Under the pieces are notes generated by a model. It searched no databases. It was not told the DNA's origin and worked only from the letters and a program-made list of their open reading frames with translations. Below are positions 19,209 through 28,778 of a stretch of DNA of 33,700 bases, piece after piece. Within the stretch, counting starts at the first letter, position 1. Each line of letters opens with the position of its first letter. Source of the DNA: Planctomycetaceae bacterium (GTDB taxonomy: Bacteria; Planctomycetota; Planctomycetia; Pirellulales; Pirellulaceae). The stretch spans positions 1 through 33,700 of the forward strand of contig PKCQ01000215.1 of NCBI GenBank assembly GCA_002862265.1, written 5' to 3'. A program made the position numbers and the translations under genes.

Positions 19209-20858
19209 ATGAAGTACCAGCAACGCAACCGCACATGGCTCATTCTCCTCGCCGGAGCCGCATCAGGCTGCGCCACCACATCGGGTGGTTTGCATCCAAT
19301 AGTTCAGCCCAGTCACCTTCAGTTGGCCAGCTATTCGCAAGAGCGGAATGCAAGCGAGCAATCCGGTTTTCAGAGCTCCGCGATAACTGGGGCTCGACCG
19401 TCTGGGATTATCGCAGCATCTGAGCCATTACTTTTTAGCTTGGAGTGCAATGCGCCATCACCTTCGGACCGCGAACCCGTTGTCCAAGATTTGGAAGCTA
19501 CATCACCAGCCTTGATCGAGCCGTCGGCTAAAATCGCGACAGAGGAGGCTCCACCCGAGATGCAACGGGTTGAACCCAGGCCTTTGCTGGAAACACCAAA
19601 GAGAGAGCTACCGGTAGCGACTCGAGTGATCCAAGAAAGTACCCCGACTGAACACATCACGGAAATCGACGTCGAGCAATACGTGGCTCAAGCAGTTGCT
19701 GTGAGTCCCGAGCTGATATCGATTCAGCATCGAATCGCGGCACTTCAGCAACGCGTCCCTCTGGCACGAAGTCTTCCTGATCCCCAGCTTCAGGAAACGT
19801 TCTGGCCCTTCAACGGAAATGCGTTGGAAACGGCTGGTGGACGTGCGGCAAGTCAACTCGGCTTCACTCAATCCGTTCCCTGGCCAGAGAAGTTGAGCCA
19901 GAAGGCTGCAATCGCATGTCGCGAAATTGAGATAGCGCGACAAGAGTATGCGAATGCGAGGCTCCGTATTGCGAAAGAAGTTCGACTTGCCTGCGTCGCA
20001 ATCTGGCTGGCCGATGAGCAAGAAAATCTACTTGCCGAAACGGACACATTGTTGCGTGACGTTCAGGGGGTGGCAGAAGCAAAGTACCAATCTGGTTCTA
20101 AGCAAGGCAGTTTAAAAGATGTGACGCGTGCTAAGCTCGAATCCGATACGCTCGAGGTTCAGCGTCTGCAGATTCAAAAGCAACGTAATGTCGCCGAAGC
20201 GCGACTGGCCTCTCTTCTTCCCGGGACATCTCTAGACGCTTCCGGGTTTTCGCTTCGGGGTCCTCCTAGGGCGACGCAGCAACGACTTGACGAGCTTTTG
20301 GGGCTAGCGATCGAGATGAACCCCATACTGCAAGGGATGATGGCGGAAGTCGCACGGGATCGTGAGAAGGCGAAGCTTGCTTGCTTGGCCAAGTATCCCG
20401 ATCTTCAGCTCGGCGTGAACTGGTTGATCGTTAGCGACACGAATGCGCTGAGTCCTCTCGCGACAGGCAACGACAATTTCGGCTTCACTGTTGGCATGAC
20501 TCTGCCAATCTGGCGCGACAAGATCCGTGCGGGTGTGGCGGAAGCAAACCTTCAGACCCAAGTTTCGACCAATGCCTGGCAGAGCGAACGAGATCGCATC
20601 GCGGGACAGTTACAGCAGCGGCTAGCAGAAGCGGATTCGATGCTCGAATACCGCGAGATACTGAAAGGCCGCATGAGTCCAAGAACAAGGACACTCTTGA
20701 AACTGACGCTTACCGACTACTCAGGCGGTCTTAGCGACTTTTCGTCTGTTATTGAGGCGTATCGCGAAGTCCTGACTCTCGAGTCGAAGCTTCTCAGTGT
20801 GGAGGCCTCGCTGTGGACCTCTCTCATTGAGATTCAGCGGCTAGTGGGATTGCCGTAG
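19209..20858 (+). CDS. TolC/CusC-family outer-membrane efflux lipoprotein
   Basis: Likely ATG 19209, lipobox ASG-C; ARSLPDPQL, QSVPWPEKL, KYPDLQLG, MTLPIWRDK; divergent from cusBA; frame intact. Confidence 0.87.
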   Translation: MKYQQRNRTWLILLAGAASGCATTSGGLHPIVQPSHLQLASYSQERNASEQSGFQSSAITGARPSGIIAASEPLLFSLECNAPSPSDREPVVQDLEATSPALIEPSAKIATEEAPPEMQRVEPRPLLETPKRELPVATRVIQESTPTEHITEIDVEQYVAQAVAVSPELISIQHRIAALQQRVPLARSLPDPQLQETFWPFNGNALETAGGRAASQLGFTQSVPWPEKLSQKAAIACREIEIARQEYANARLRIAKEVRLACVAIWLADEQENLLAETDTLLRDVQGVAEAKYQSGSKQGSLKDVTRAKLESDTLEVQRLQIQKQRNVAEARLASLLPGTSLDASGFSLRGPPRATQQRLDELLGLAIEMNPILQGMMAEVARDREKAKLACLAKYPDLQLGVNWLIVSDTNALSPLATGNDNFGFTVGMTLPIWRDKIRAGVAEANLQTQVSTNAWQSERDRIAGQLQQRLAEADSMLEYREILKGRMSPRTRTLLKLTLTDYSGGLSDFSSVIEAYREVLTLESKLLSVEASLWTSLIEIQRLVGLP

Positions 20859-20868
20859 CGCACAAGTA

Positions 20869-21327
20869 CTAGTGTTTGTGCTCGGTGCCTTCGGGTGGTT
20901 GCTCGACGACGCCGTCAACTTGTAGCACGATGTTGTTCTTGTCGTTTTCTTTTACGACTGCGGTGAGCTCCGAAGTGCTGTAGGAACCGAATTTCGGATC
21001 AACCACTCCGAGCTTGGTGCCGCCGAATCCCTTCATGTTCTCACCAATGATCATTTGCAATACAACGCACTTGTGTTCGCCAGCAACCGCGCCATCGCCT
21101 TCATCGAAAGTGGTGAGTGTGAAAGTGCCATCTTTCTTGATGTTTCCACGAGCGTTCAGTGAGTGCTTGGGAGAAAGGAATTCAACTACACCGACTTTGA
21201 CTGGTCTTCCATTGGGGAACTGAACTCTACCCGATACCTCGTAGGTTCGAGGTTGATTGCTGCAACCGGAGAGTGTAGCAATGACCACGCAAACGATGGC
21301 CAATGTTCCCAAGGCAGAAGGCCGCAT
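20869..21327 (-). CDS. DUF1559-associated lipoprotein, carboxypeptidase-regulatory-like fold
   Basis: Lipobox LSG-C, VSGRV, DGTFTLTTF..GDGAVAGEHKC, PKFGSYSTSEL; likely ATG 21327 just after the DUF1559 stop; ends HKH. Confidence 0.8.
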   Translation of the reverse strand: MRPSALGTLAIVCVVIATLSGCSNQPRTYEVSGRVQFPNGRPVKVGVVEFLSPKHSLNARGNIKKDGTFTLTTFDEGDGAVAGEHKCVVLQMIIGENMKGFGGTKLGVVDPKFGSYSTSELTAVVKENDKNNIVLQVDGVVEQPPEGTEHKH

Positions 21328-21328
21328 T

Positions 21329-22348
21329 CTATTGTCCCAAGCTTGTGACTTGATTGTCATGGCGATTGCAGAGGTTTCCGAGAGTGAAGGTGTCGATGTT
21401 TACCGAGAGAGTTTGAACGCTGCCGTCTGCCAAGGCAAATTGGCAGACGCTACCATGCCAGCTACCCCATGATACGAGTCCATTTCCGTCGTCATTCAAG
21501 TTCGTGATGATCGGCACTCCAGGGCCTCCAATCCGCATTGAGTTGAAGACGTTGTCACCATTATAGATAAATGCATCGGTGGGAGATTGACCGAGCATGT
21601 TCAATGGCACATGCATCTCTCCAACAAGAAAGGTGTTGCTAAGTCCATCAGTAGCATCACGATGTTTGATCTTGTCGACCCAATCAATCGGTTCTCCCGC
21701 TGGACCGCACCTCGCACGGCTGGAGATGATAAGCCCGTTTCCGTTTCCACCGTAATAGAAATCGGTAGCCAGTCCCGTTGATCCCGAGGACATGTCGCCC
21801 TGGTTTCCCCCATAGTCGCCGACTGCTCCGGAGACGTTCCCAGAGGAACTGTTGGAACATGGATAGGGGCACCCGCAGGGAGCGAAGCACCACTGAGTAT
21901 CGTTATTAACGGCTAGTCCGTCACCAACAGCGTCTGACACGGAACGACGAGAGGGGCAGCAGAAAAAAGGAAAGGTTGTGGTGCGGACCTCTTCTGGATG
22001 ATCTGCGTAAGATCGGCGGTAATCCCATCGGTCCTCGGCAGCAACTTGCTCGAGATACGGCAGTATTCGGACAAGCCAAGTGATTTCTCGACCGCCACAG
22101 ACATACTTGCTTTCGCCAGGGCGCGGTTGGTACCGACCCGGTGGATAGCATCTATAACTTTCATGAAATAGCTCGGTAGCCAGGCAAATCTGTTTCAGAT
22201 TGTTTTGGCACGACATGCGTCGAGCGGCTTCACGAGCGGCCTGGACAGCTGGGAGCAGCAAACCGACGAGGATTCCAATGATCGCAATCACGACCAAAAG
22301 CTCGACTAGGGTGAATGCACGACGGGCACTATTCATTTTCATTTGCAT
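21329..22348 (-). CDS. DUF1559 family prepilin-like protein
   Basis: AFTLVELLVVIAIIGILVGLLLPAVQAAREAARRMSCQNNLKQ, CPSR, TDGLSNT..GE, H-X9-DG (HGSVCQFALADG); start 22348 or 22342 after AGGA. Confidence 0.95.
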   Translation of the reverse strand: MQMKMNSARRAFTLVELLVVIAIIGILVGLLLPAVQAAREAARRMSCQNNLKQICLATELFHESYRCYPPGRYQPRPGESKYVCGGREITWLVRILPYLEQVAAEDRWDYRRSYADHPEEVRTTTFPFFCCPSRRSVSDAVGDGLAVNNDTQWCFAPCGCPYPCSNSSSGNVSGAVGDYGGNQGDMSSGSTGLATDFYYGGNGNGLIISSRARCGPAGEPIDWVDKIKHRDATDGLSNTFLVGEMHVPLNMLGQSPTDAFIYNGDNVFNSMRIGGPGVPIITNLNDDGNGLVSWGSWHGSVCQFALADGSVQTLSVNIDTFTLGNLCNRHDNQVTSLGQ

Positions 22349-22550
22349 ATTTTCCTGGCACGACACCCGGGTACTACGGGACGAACCCCAGTGTAGTTGG
22401 GTGAACGGGCTACGCTTTCGGCCGTTTAGGTGCGAAATCGATCTAATCCCTACCTTTGGAATCCGAAGGGAAGGAGCACGAGGAAGTCGTGTAACCGACG
22501 TTCTGAGGGCGGATTTTTGTCTCTAGTTCCAGAAACGCCCTTTTGTAAGA

Positions 22551-22556
22551 ATTATA
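22551..22556 (-). promoter_or_regulatory. Putative -10 box TATAAT for the DUF1559 gene
   Basis: Consensus TATAAT about 200 nt upstream of the start; no good -35. Confidence 0.4.
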
Positions 22557-22693
22557 GCCTCAGCTGGAAGTATTGCCTTAGAAAAAGAAAGTTAAGGCAC
22601 CTCGTAAGCTCTATTGATACGGATTTCAAGATTCCTCTTCAGCCAGGATGGCTTTCCTTGAGTCGACGACCAGACAAACTCTCTATCGCCTTT

Positions 22694-23719
22694 ATGGTGG
22701 GCTTGTTTTCAGGCTATTGCCGCGAAGTTGTTACGTCGGTCACTTTGGCTGCTCGACGGTGGCAGAGCGATGATGTTGGAGCAATGGCGGCTGCTGTAGC
22801 CTACTATCTGGCTCTCTCCGTCTTCCCGATCCTGTTGTTACTAAGTAGCGGAGTTGGGCTCTTTCTCAAGTTTACGAACCTGGGGCATGATGCCGAATTG
22901 CAGATTCTGTCAATTGTCGCGGAGCACTGTTCTCCTACTCTGGAGCAGCAAGTGCGCGTGATGCTGCTTCAGTTTGAAGAGCAAGCTATCGTTGGTTGCC
23001 CCTTTGGATTGATAACCGCCATCGCAGCCGCCATTGGTGTCTTCTTTCAGTTCGAACGAGCTTTCGACAAGATCTGGCGAGTCAGACCGGCGCGTTTTAC
23101 CAGCACTCGGCATTTTTTGACTCGACAGGTGACCAAGCGTTTTGCCGCTTTCCTAATGCTAGGATCTGTGGGACTTGCTATTATCGCCATCATGGTTGCG
23201 AATCTCGCCATTAGCGGTATTCGAGCTTGGATGGCTGAGTGGTATTTGGCGGGCACTTTGATTCTGTTCGTCGCAGATACACTTACGACGATTCTTTTTA
23301 ACACCGTTGCATTTGCAGTGCTTTATAAATGCTTGCCCAAGAAGAAAGTTAGATGGCGCGAGGCGTTTCGCAGTGCGTTGCTTGTTGCACTGACTTGGGA
23401 ATTAGGCCGAGAGTTGCTTTGTTCCTTCCTGATCGGAATGCGATACACCACAACTTATGGAGCAGTCGGTTCGTTTATCGCGCTGCTGCTCTGGTTCTAC
23501 TGGGGCGTCAATCTACTGTTCTTTGGCGCGGAGTACCTGCAGGTTCTGACTCAGCGAAGTGAACAGCCATTCTCTATGTTCGATCCCAACCAAGCCCAGG
23601 ATAGAAACTCGGGAGATTCTCATCAGCCGAGGAGGTCTGGTGCGTCGGTACCTGCGATGCATCTAAACGGGAATTGGAATGCTTCCGTGCATCAAAAATC
23701 TCACGGCTTCGACGCTTGA
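22694..23719 (+). CDS. YihY/virulence factor BrkB family membrane protein
   Basis: MAAAVAYYLALSVFP, FERAFDKIW, LYKCLP, YGAVGSFIALLLWFYWGVNLLFFGAE; start moved from 22430 to ATG 22694. Confidence 0.9.
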   Translation: MVGLFSGYCREVVTSVTLAARRWQSDDVGAMAAAVAYYLALSVFPILLLLSSGVGLFLKFTNLGHDAELQILSIVAEHCSPTLEQQVRVMLLQFEEQAIVGCPFGLITAIAAAIGVFFQFERAFDKIWRVRPARFTSTRHFLTRQVTKRFAAFLMLGSVGLAIIAIMVANLAISGIRAWMAEWYLAGTLILFVADTLTTILFNTVAFAVLYKCLPKKKVRWREAFRSALLVALTWELGRELLCSFLIGMRYTTTYGAVGSFIALLLWFYWGVNLLFFGAEYLQVLTQRSEQPFSMFDPNQAQDRNSGDSHQPRRSGASVPAMHLNGNWNASVHQKSHGFDA

Positions 23720-23731
23720 AACTGGTTATCG

Positions 23732-24247
23732 TTAATTCTTCGATTCTTCGAAGGCTAACTCACTGCCCTCTAGCTCCTTGATGGCACGAGCTCCCGAAGC
23801 AATCTGAGCATAGATTGTTAGCTCCTTGAGTTCTTGGCTTTCCGGTGGAAAGTAAGCTGTGCCTTTCGTGTGAAAAGCGGCCAACGGCACGACGACTTCG
23901 CCACCAGGAGGAACAGTGTCGGGGTGGGTGTAGTGAAACTGATGGTTGATCGACACGTTTAGGTAATTCCAAGGTTCCTCTGTTGGGTTTGTTAGAGTTA
24001 CGCAAGGTAGCACCCGAGTGTCAGGCGTGTCTCTAGACTGCTTGTTTTCAATTGCTCGAGGGCCAACTAAGACGTCGACTTCCAGCACTGGGTCACGAAC
24101 ATCTGGCATGGTCGTATACATCCAAACGACCAGCGCGAAGGGGGCAAGAGTTAAGACAATCAGCCCCACAGTTAGCTGAGTACGCGTAAGCGTGTTGGGT
24201 AGCTTAGGCGCTTGTTCTAAGTCGCTGTTAGTCTGGACTGTATTCAT
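23732..24247 (-). CDS. Hypothetical single-pass membrane protein
   Basis: 171 aa; one N-terminal TM helix followed by a beta-rich domain; fills the gap between YihY and DUF1501. Confidence 0.7.
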   Translation of the reverse strand: MNTVQTNSDLEQAPKLPNTLTRTQLTVGLIVLTLAPFALVVWMYTTMPDVRDPVLEVDVLVGPRAIENKQSRDTPDTRVLPCVTLTNPTEEPWNYLNVSINHQFHYTHPDTVPPGGEVVVPLAAFHTKGTAYFPPESQELKELTIYAQIASGARAIKELEGSELAFEESKN

Positions 24248-24366
24248 TTCGCTGTGCCCTGGAAAACGCGTTGCGATTCAGTGTGCAATAACCGCATATC
24301 ATTGTTGGTTTCAGGCAAATCAAGAATGCCAATCGTGGCTTCTCGCGACGGAAATTCGCAAAGTTG

Positions 24367-25749
24367 CTAAGCCAAGAGCTCCTTGATGACCTTACCGCCG
24401 AACTGAGAAAGCTGCTTGAAGCGGCCGGCGTGGAAGAAAGTCAGCCGATTGTCGTCAAGTCCAAGAAGATTGAGAAGCGTCACGTGCAAATCGCGGATGG
24501 GATGTACACATTCGACGGCTTCATCGCCAAGCTCGTCCGTGGCCCCGACAGTTTGTCCCGCCTTAACTCCACCGCCGGCCATCCAAACGCACATCGCCTT
24601 GGCATTGTGGTCACGGCCATACGCAATTCCACCTCGGACACCGTTGTCGGGGCTACGACCGAATTCGCCGCACCAAACGACGAGAGTGTCCTCGAGTAGA
24701 CCGCGCTGGTCGAGATCTTGGATCAAAGCTGCGATAGGACGATCCACTGCGTTGATAAGCTTTCCATGAGCTCGTTCGATGTAGTCGTGGGAGTCCCAAG
24801 TAGAAGCGTAAAGCTGCACAAAGCGAACACCGTGCTCCAGCAATCTTCGCGCGTACAAGCATTTCTTTCCGAACTTGGCCGTAGCCTTGTCCTTCAAGCC
24901 GTACTCTTCAATCGTCTGTGCTTTCTCATGGCCCAGATCGAGAACTTGTTTGACATCATCCTGCATTCTGAAGGCGAGTTCGAAGCTATCCAGTCGCGCT
25001 GCCAGCAAGTCAGCCTGCGGATGTTTCTGCATATGCTTATTGTTTAGCGCGCCTAGTAGATCGAGGTTCGCTCTCTGATGTTCTTTGGTGATTCCTTTGG
25101 GCGGCGTTAGATTCAATATTGGAGAACCCTGAGGCCGCAATGCGGTAGCTTGATACTGCGCCGGTAAGAACCCATTGCCCCAGTTCGCCGCGCCGCCTTG
25201 GGGAAAGGAGAGGTCAGGCATAACGACGAAACCTGGCAAGTTTTCATTCAGTGTGCCAAGACCGTAATTCGCCCAGGCACCTACTGCTGGATCCCCACCG
25301 AAGCGATTCCCGCAATTGATGTGGTACAAGGCGGTCGGATGATTGATCGATTCAGCTTGTAGCCCACGGTAGAAGCAAAGCTTGTCGGCCACCTTCGAGA
25401 GATGCTGCCATTTTTCGCTCATCCATGCGCCGGACTCGCCATGTTGAGTGAAAGAGAATGGACTTTGCACATAGTAACGCTTGCCGCTAGCCATGGCCGA
25501 AATCCTTTCACCGCTCCGCTGGAATTCCTTTAGGTGCAGCTCTTTCAGCTTGGGCTTGGGATCAAAAGTATCGATCTGGCTAGGACCGCCCTCCATCGTC
25601 AAGAAGATGCAACGCTTTGCTCTAGGTGTGTGGTGGGGCTGCTTCGCGTCGTCTGCAGGTGAGGCGTTCAGCTCGTGCTGCAGCATGCCTTGCAGTGCCA
25701 CACTGCCGAGTGTAGCGCCGAGGCTATATAAGTATTCTCTACGAAACAT
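24367..25749 (-). CDS. DUF1501 family protein
   Basis: 460 aa; RREYL Tat-like signal, AKRCIFLTMEGGPSQIDTFDPKP, ARRLLEHGVRFVQLY, WDSH, GEFGRSP..GRDHN. Confidence 0.93.
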   Translation of the reverse strand: MFRREYLYSLGATLGSVALQGMLQHELNASPADDAKQPHHTPRAKRCIFLTMEGGPSQIDTFDPKPKLKELHLKEFQRSGERISAMASGKRYYVQSPFSFTQHGESGAWMSEKWQHLSKVADKLCFYRGLQAESINHPTALYHINCGNRFGGDPAVGAWANYGLGTLNENLPGFVVMPDLSFPQGGAANWGNGFLPAQYQATALRPQGSPILNLTPPKGITKEHQRANLDLLGALNNKHMQKHPQADLLAARLDSFELAFRMQDDVKQVLDLGHEKAQTIEEYGLKDKATAKFGKKCLYARRLLEHGVRFVQLYASTWDSHDYIERAHGKLINAVDRPIAALIQDLDQRGLLEDTLVVWCGEFGRSPDNGVRGGIAYGRDHNAKAMCVWMAGGGVKAGQTVGATDELGDEAVECVHPIRDLHVTLLNLLGLDDNRLTFFHAGRFKQLSQFGGKVIKELLA

Positions 25750-25786
25750 AACTTAAGACTGTCTCAGTCGTGCAAACTGCTTGGGG

Positions 25787-28666
25787 TCAGGGGGCGTACA
25801 GTAGCTCGTTGCTGGAAAGGATGACCAGGCAAACTTCGGCTAAGCCGCGCGCCCGAGGGCTGGACGAGGCCGGGTCCGAATCGGGGATGTAGTCGCGGTT
25901 CTGTTCCAATGGCTCGGTGAACTCGAATGACTCTCCCGTGTTCTCTGACACCAAGGAACGTTTCTGCGCAGTCGGAGGCCGGTAGGTTGCGAGTTGTATA
26001 TTCTCGTGGCGATTGGTCATTTCTTCCCAATGATTTAGACAGACGGCTAGCTCATTTGGGGCCGCTTCACGCCCGAAGGCCAGCTGAAAAATCCGATGAA
26101 TTGTTGCTGGCACGTGCTTTGCCTGATGATCGCTTTCCGTAGTGTCAGTGGTTTCGTTGAGAACTCGGTCAGCAAAAGCCAGTGCTCGTTCATAGGAAAA
26201 CTGACTGTTGAAAAGCGTCAAGCCCTGAGGTGCAACGGTGGAGTTGTCTCGGAGTTCGCATGATAAGTCCGGCGATGGCTTGTTGAACACCTCTAGCATT
26301 GGGTTAGGAAGAGTACGAAGCCGCAAAGCGTAGAGTGCGCGTCGATTGCGATCCTGTGGCAGGGGTGATGCTTGATATATCGGTGCGTAGGATCCCATGA
26401 TCTGCCGAGGTTGTGCGCCAACTTCTGGATTGATGTTAGGCCTCACGGGTACTCCACCCACTTCATGATTGAGCAGACCGCTTATGGTTAGGACCGAATC
26501 AAGAACCTGCTCCGCACTCAGTCTGCGTGATTGGAATACTGCGTACGAAGTTCCTAGCGGATCTTTCTCTGTGATGATTTGGAGTTCAGTTGGAGCAACA
26601 TCGCGGCTCGTTCGACAGTAAGCTTCGCTAAGTAGAATAGTCCGATGTAATACTTTGCTCGACCAGTCTGCTTCAACAAGTTCGTTCGCTAAGTAGTCGA
26701 GCAACTCTGGGTGTGAAGGTGGTTCGGAAGCAGTTCCGAAGTTATTCGCAGTCTTGACGAGACCTTGTCCAAAATGTTGTTGCCAAATGCGGTTGGCCAT
26801 GACTCGGGGCGTCAGTGGATTGCGTTTCGCATCCGTAAGCCAGTCTGCAAAATCGAGTCGGCGTCCGGCGGTGGTTTCTGAGACTAAACTACTTTCCGAC
26901 GCGTCCAAGCCAACTATTCCTGAAAGAACCGAAAGTGTTCCAGGCGTGACCGCAATGGTCGGAGAGAAGACATCGCCACCGCTCAGTATCGAGGTTTGAG
27001 CAGATTTTCCTCTCCGCTTTCCAGGCATTGTGATGCGAGAATTAAAAGCACGCCTCGTTGCGTCGGGGCCACTGTAAACGCTGAACGCCATAGGCTTGTA
27101 GCGATCTAGCTCCCAGTTGTGCCGCGACACGTATTTAGTTGCGATTCGATCTTCGCCGAAATCGCGAGGACTGAAGCCGACGTTCTTCGGAGCAATTTCG
27201 TCCTGAGAAATGCCTTTTTTCAGCTTCTCACCACGGGAGGCATACTCTAGACCGCGGTCTGCATACCATTTTTCAGCGTATTTGCGCGCTCGTTTGCTGA
27301 CCTCTGTTTTCACTTTTGAGAAAACACCGATCCGTTCCATCAGATAAGCAGTCTGTTCTTCAAAGTTGTTCTGGTTTTCAGAATCAAGAAAAGCCGCCGG
27401 ACGATCCGCGAACTGAGTGGTCGCAAAGACCGCTTGGATACGGTAGTAATCGCGAGTTGGGATCGGGTCGAACTTGTGGTCGTGACAGCGCGCACACTGA
27501 AGCGGATGAGCCAGGAAGGCTTGGCCGACGAGATCTGTAATGTCATCCAAATACTGTTGCCGCGTAACTTTCGCGACACTCATGCCAGTGTGTTCCCATG
27601 GGCCCATGCGGAGCATGCCAGTAGCAATCAATAGTTCTGGGTTGTTTTCATCGATTTCGTCTCCGGCAATCTGCTCGCGGATAAACTGGTCAATGGGTCG
27701 ATCTTCATTGAAGCAGCGGGTGACATAGTCTCGATATCGCCACGCGTTAGGTCGTTGGTAGTCGTTAGAGAATCCAGCTGAGTCTGCATAGCGGACTACG
27801 TCCAGCCAAATTGTGGCAGCCTGTTCCCCAAAATGCGGTGAGGCGAGGACTTGATCGACGAGTTGCTCCCAGGCTTGTTGTTCCGATGCAGGATTGGAAA
27901 CAAACTTGGCGACAGCTTCCGGCGTTGGAGGCAAGCCAGTTAGATCCAGGTAGAGTCTGCGAATGAGATCGAGGCGACTTGCGCGTTGGGCCGGGCGGAC
28001 TCCGAGTTCTATTAACTTCGCGTTGATAAACAAATCGACCTTGTTATTCGCCGGCAGGTCGGTAGGAGCAGGCAGCTCGACCTTCAGTGGTTGGTAAGCC
28101 CATAAGGTCTTGGGTGCATAGCGGCGATCATCCCAGTTGGAATCCAGTCCACCACTGGTCGCAACAGTTATACCGGTGGCGAATTCTCCGCGAATCGCTT
28201 CGATCTTCTTTTCGTCGGGCCAAGGTGCGCCCAGCTCGATCCACTTTTTTAGGGCCGCGAGCTGTTCTTCGTCGAGGCGATCGTTTTCCTTGGGTGGCAT
28301 CTGCAGCTGATCGTGTTTCCAAGTTGATGACTTGTAGATCCAGCTATCTTCTGGTTTTTCCGGTACCAAAGCCGCTTCACCGCTATCACCGCCTCGGACA
28401 GTCTGTTCCCGAGTTGTGATCACAAATCCAGACTCGATCTCGTCGGGATTGCGACCATGGCAGGCGGCGCACTTTGAATCTAGGGTTGGAGCAACCACAA
28501 GTGCGAAGATCTTTTCGCCTTCACTGAACTCCTCCCTGTCGGACGTAGACTTCAATGGTGCATTTTGGTGTGCTTTTGAGCCTTCGTCGGATTGAGCCTG
28601 CGCGATTGAAGCTGAAACGAATGCAGCCAGAAGTCCAAATGATAGGTGAGCGAAAGATCGAGACAT
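25787..28666 (-). CDS. Planctomycete cytochrome c (PSCyt1) plus DUF1549 and DUF1553 protein
   Basis: Signal peptide, CAACH..MPP..WIELGA, RRLYLDLTGLPPT, WLDVVRYADS, CARCHDHKFDPI, RVMANRIWQQHFG, PSHPELLD; start ATG 28666 or TTG 28675. Confidence 0.93.
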   Translation of the reverse strand: MSRSFAHLSFGLLAAFVSASIAQAQSDEGSKAHQNAPLKSTSDREEFSEGEKIFALVVAPTLDSKCAACHGRNPDEIESGFVITTREQTVRGGDSGEAALVPEKPEDSWIYKSSTWKHDQLQMPPKENDRLDEEQLAALKKWIELGAPWPDEKKIEAIRGEFATGITVATSGGLDSNWDDRRYAPKTLWAYQPLKVELPAPTDLPANNKVDLFINAKLIELGVRPAQRASRLDLIRRLYLDLTGLPPTPEAVAKFVSNPASEQQAWEQLVDQVLASPHFGEQAATIWLDVVRYADSAGFSNDYQRPNAWRYRDYVTRCFNEDRPIDQFIREQIAGDEIDENNPELLIATGMLRMGPWEHTGMSVAKVTRQQYLDDITDLVGQAFLAHPLQCARCHDHKFDPIPTRDYYRIQAVFATTQFADRPAAFLDSENQNNFEEQTAYLMERIGVFSKVKTEVSKRARKYAEKWYADRGLEYASRGEKLKKGISQDEIAPKNVGFSPRDFGEDRIATKYVSRHNWELDRYKPMAFSVYSGPDATRRAFNSRITMPGKRRGKSAQTSILSGGDVFSPTIAVTPGTLSVLSGIVGLDASESSLVSETTAGRRLDFADWLTDAKRNPLTPRVMANRIWQQHFGQGLVKTANNFGTASEPPSHPELLDYLANELVEADWSSKVLHRTILLSEAYCRTSRDVAPTELQIITEKDPLGTSYAVFQSRRLSAEQVLDSVLTISGLLNHEVGGVPVRPNINPEVGAQPRQIMGSYAPIYQASPLPQDRNRRALYALRLRTLPNPMLEVFNKPSPDLSCELRDNSTVAPQGLTLFNSQFSYERALAFADRVLNETTDTTESDHQAKHVPATIHRIFQLAFGREAAPNELAVCLNHWEEMTNRHENIQLATYRPPTAQKRSLVSENTGESFEFTEPLEQNRDYIPDSDPASSSPRARGLAEVCLVILSSNELLYAP

Positions 28667-28728
28667 GCGATTCAATCACTTGGCGGGAGAAAATGAAAGT
28701 CAGCAGCGACAGGTGAAGCTCGACCTCC

Positions 28729-28734
28729 ATTATA
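28729..28734 (-). promoter_or_regulatory. Putative -10 box TATAAT for the PSCyt1/DUF1553-DUF1501 operon
   Basis: Consensus TATAAT about 60 nt upstream of the start. Confidence 0.45.
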
Positions 28735-28778
28735 CCGCAACAATTATTCCAAATTGTACAAATTCAAACTTGAAACAA

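Noticed and set aside
12394-20858. Metal efflux cluster as a mobile island
   Set aside because: No integrase, transposase, tRNA, flanking direct repeats or obvious compositional shift seen
22380-22500. c-di-GMP-I riboswitch (CCTAAAC and GAAA elements on the minus strand)
   Set aside because: The GGCAAAC..GACGCAAAGC core and element order are not present
22430-22693. 88-aa N-terminal extension of YihY
   Set aside because: Spans the divergent promoter region; family-like sequence begins after ATG 22694
4987-24699. Long antisense ORFs (4987-5526, 9840-10535, 11081-11671, 24364-24699 and others)
   Set aside because: Shadow frames fully opposite well-supported genes, with no motifs of their own
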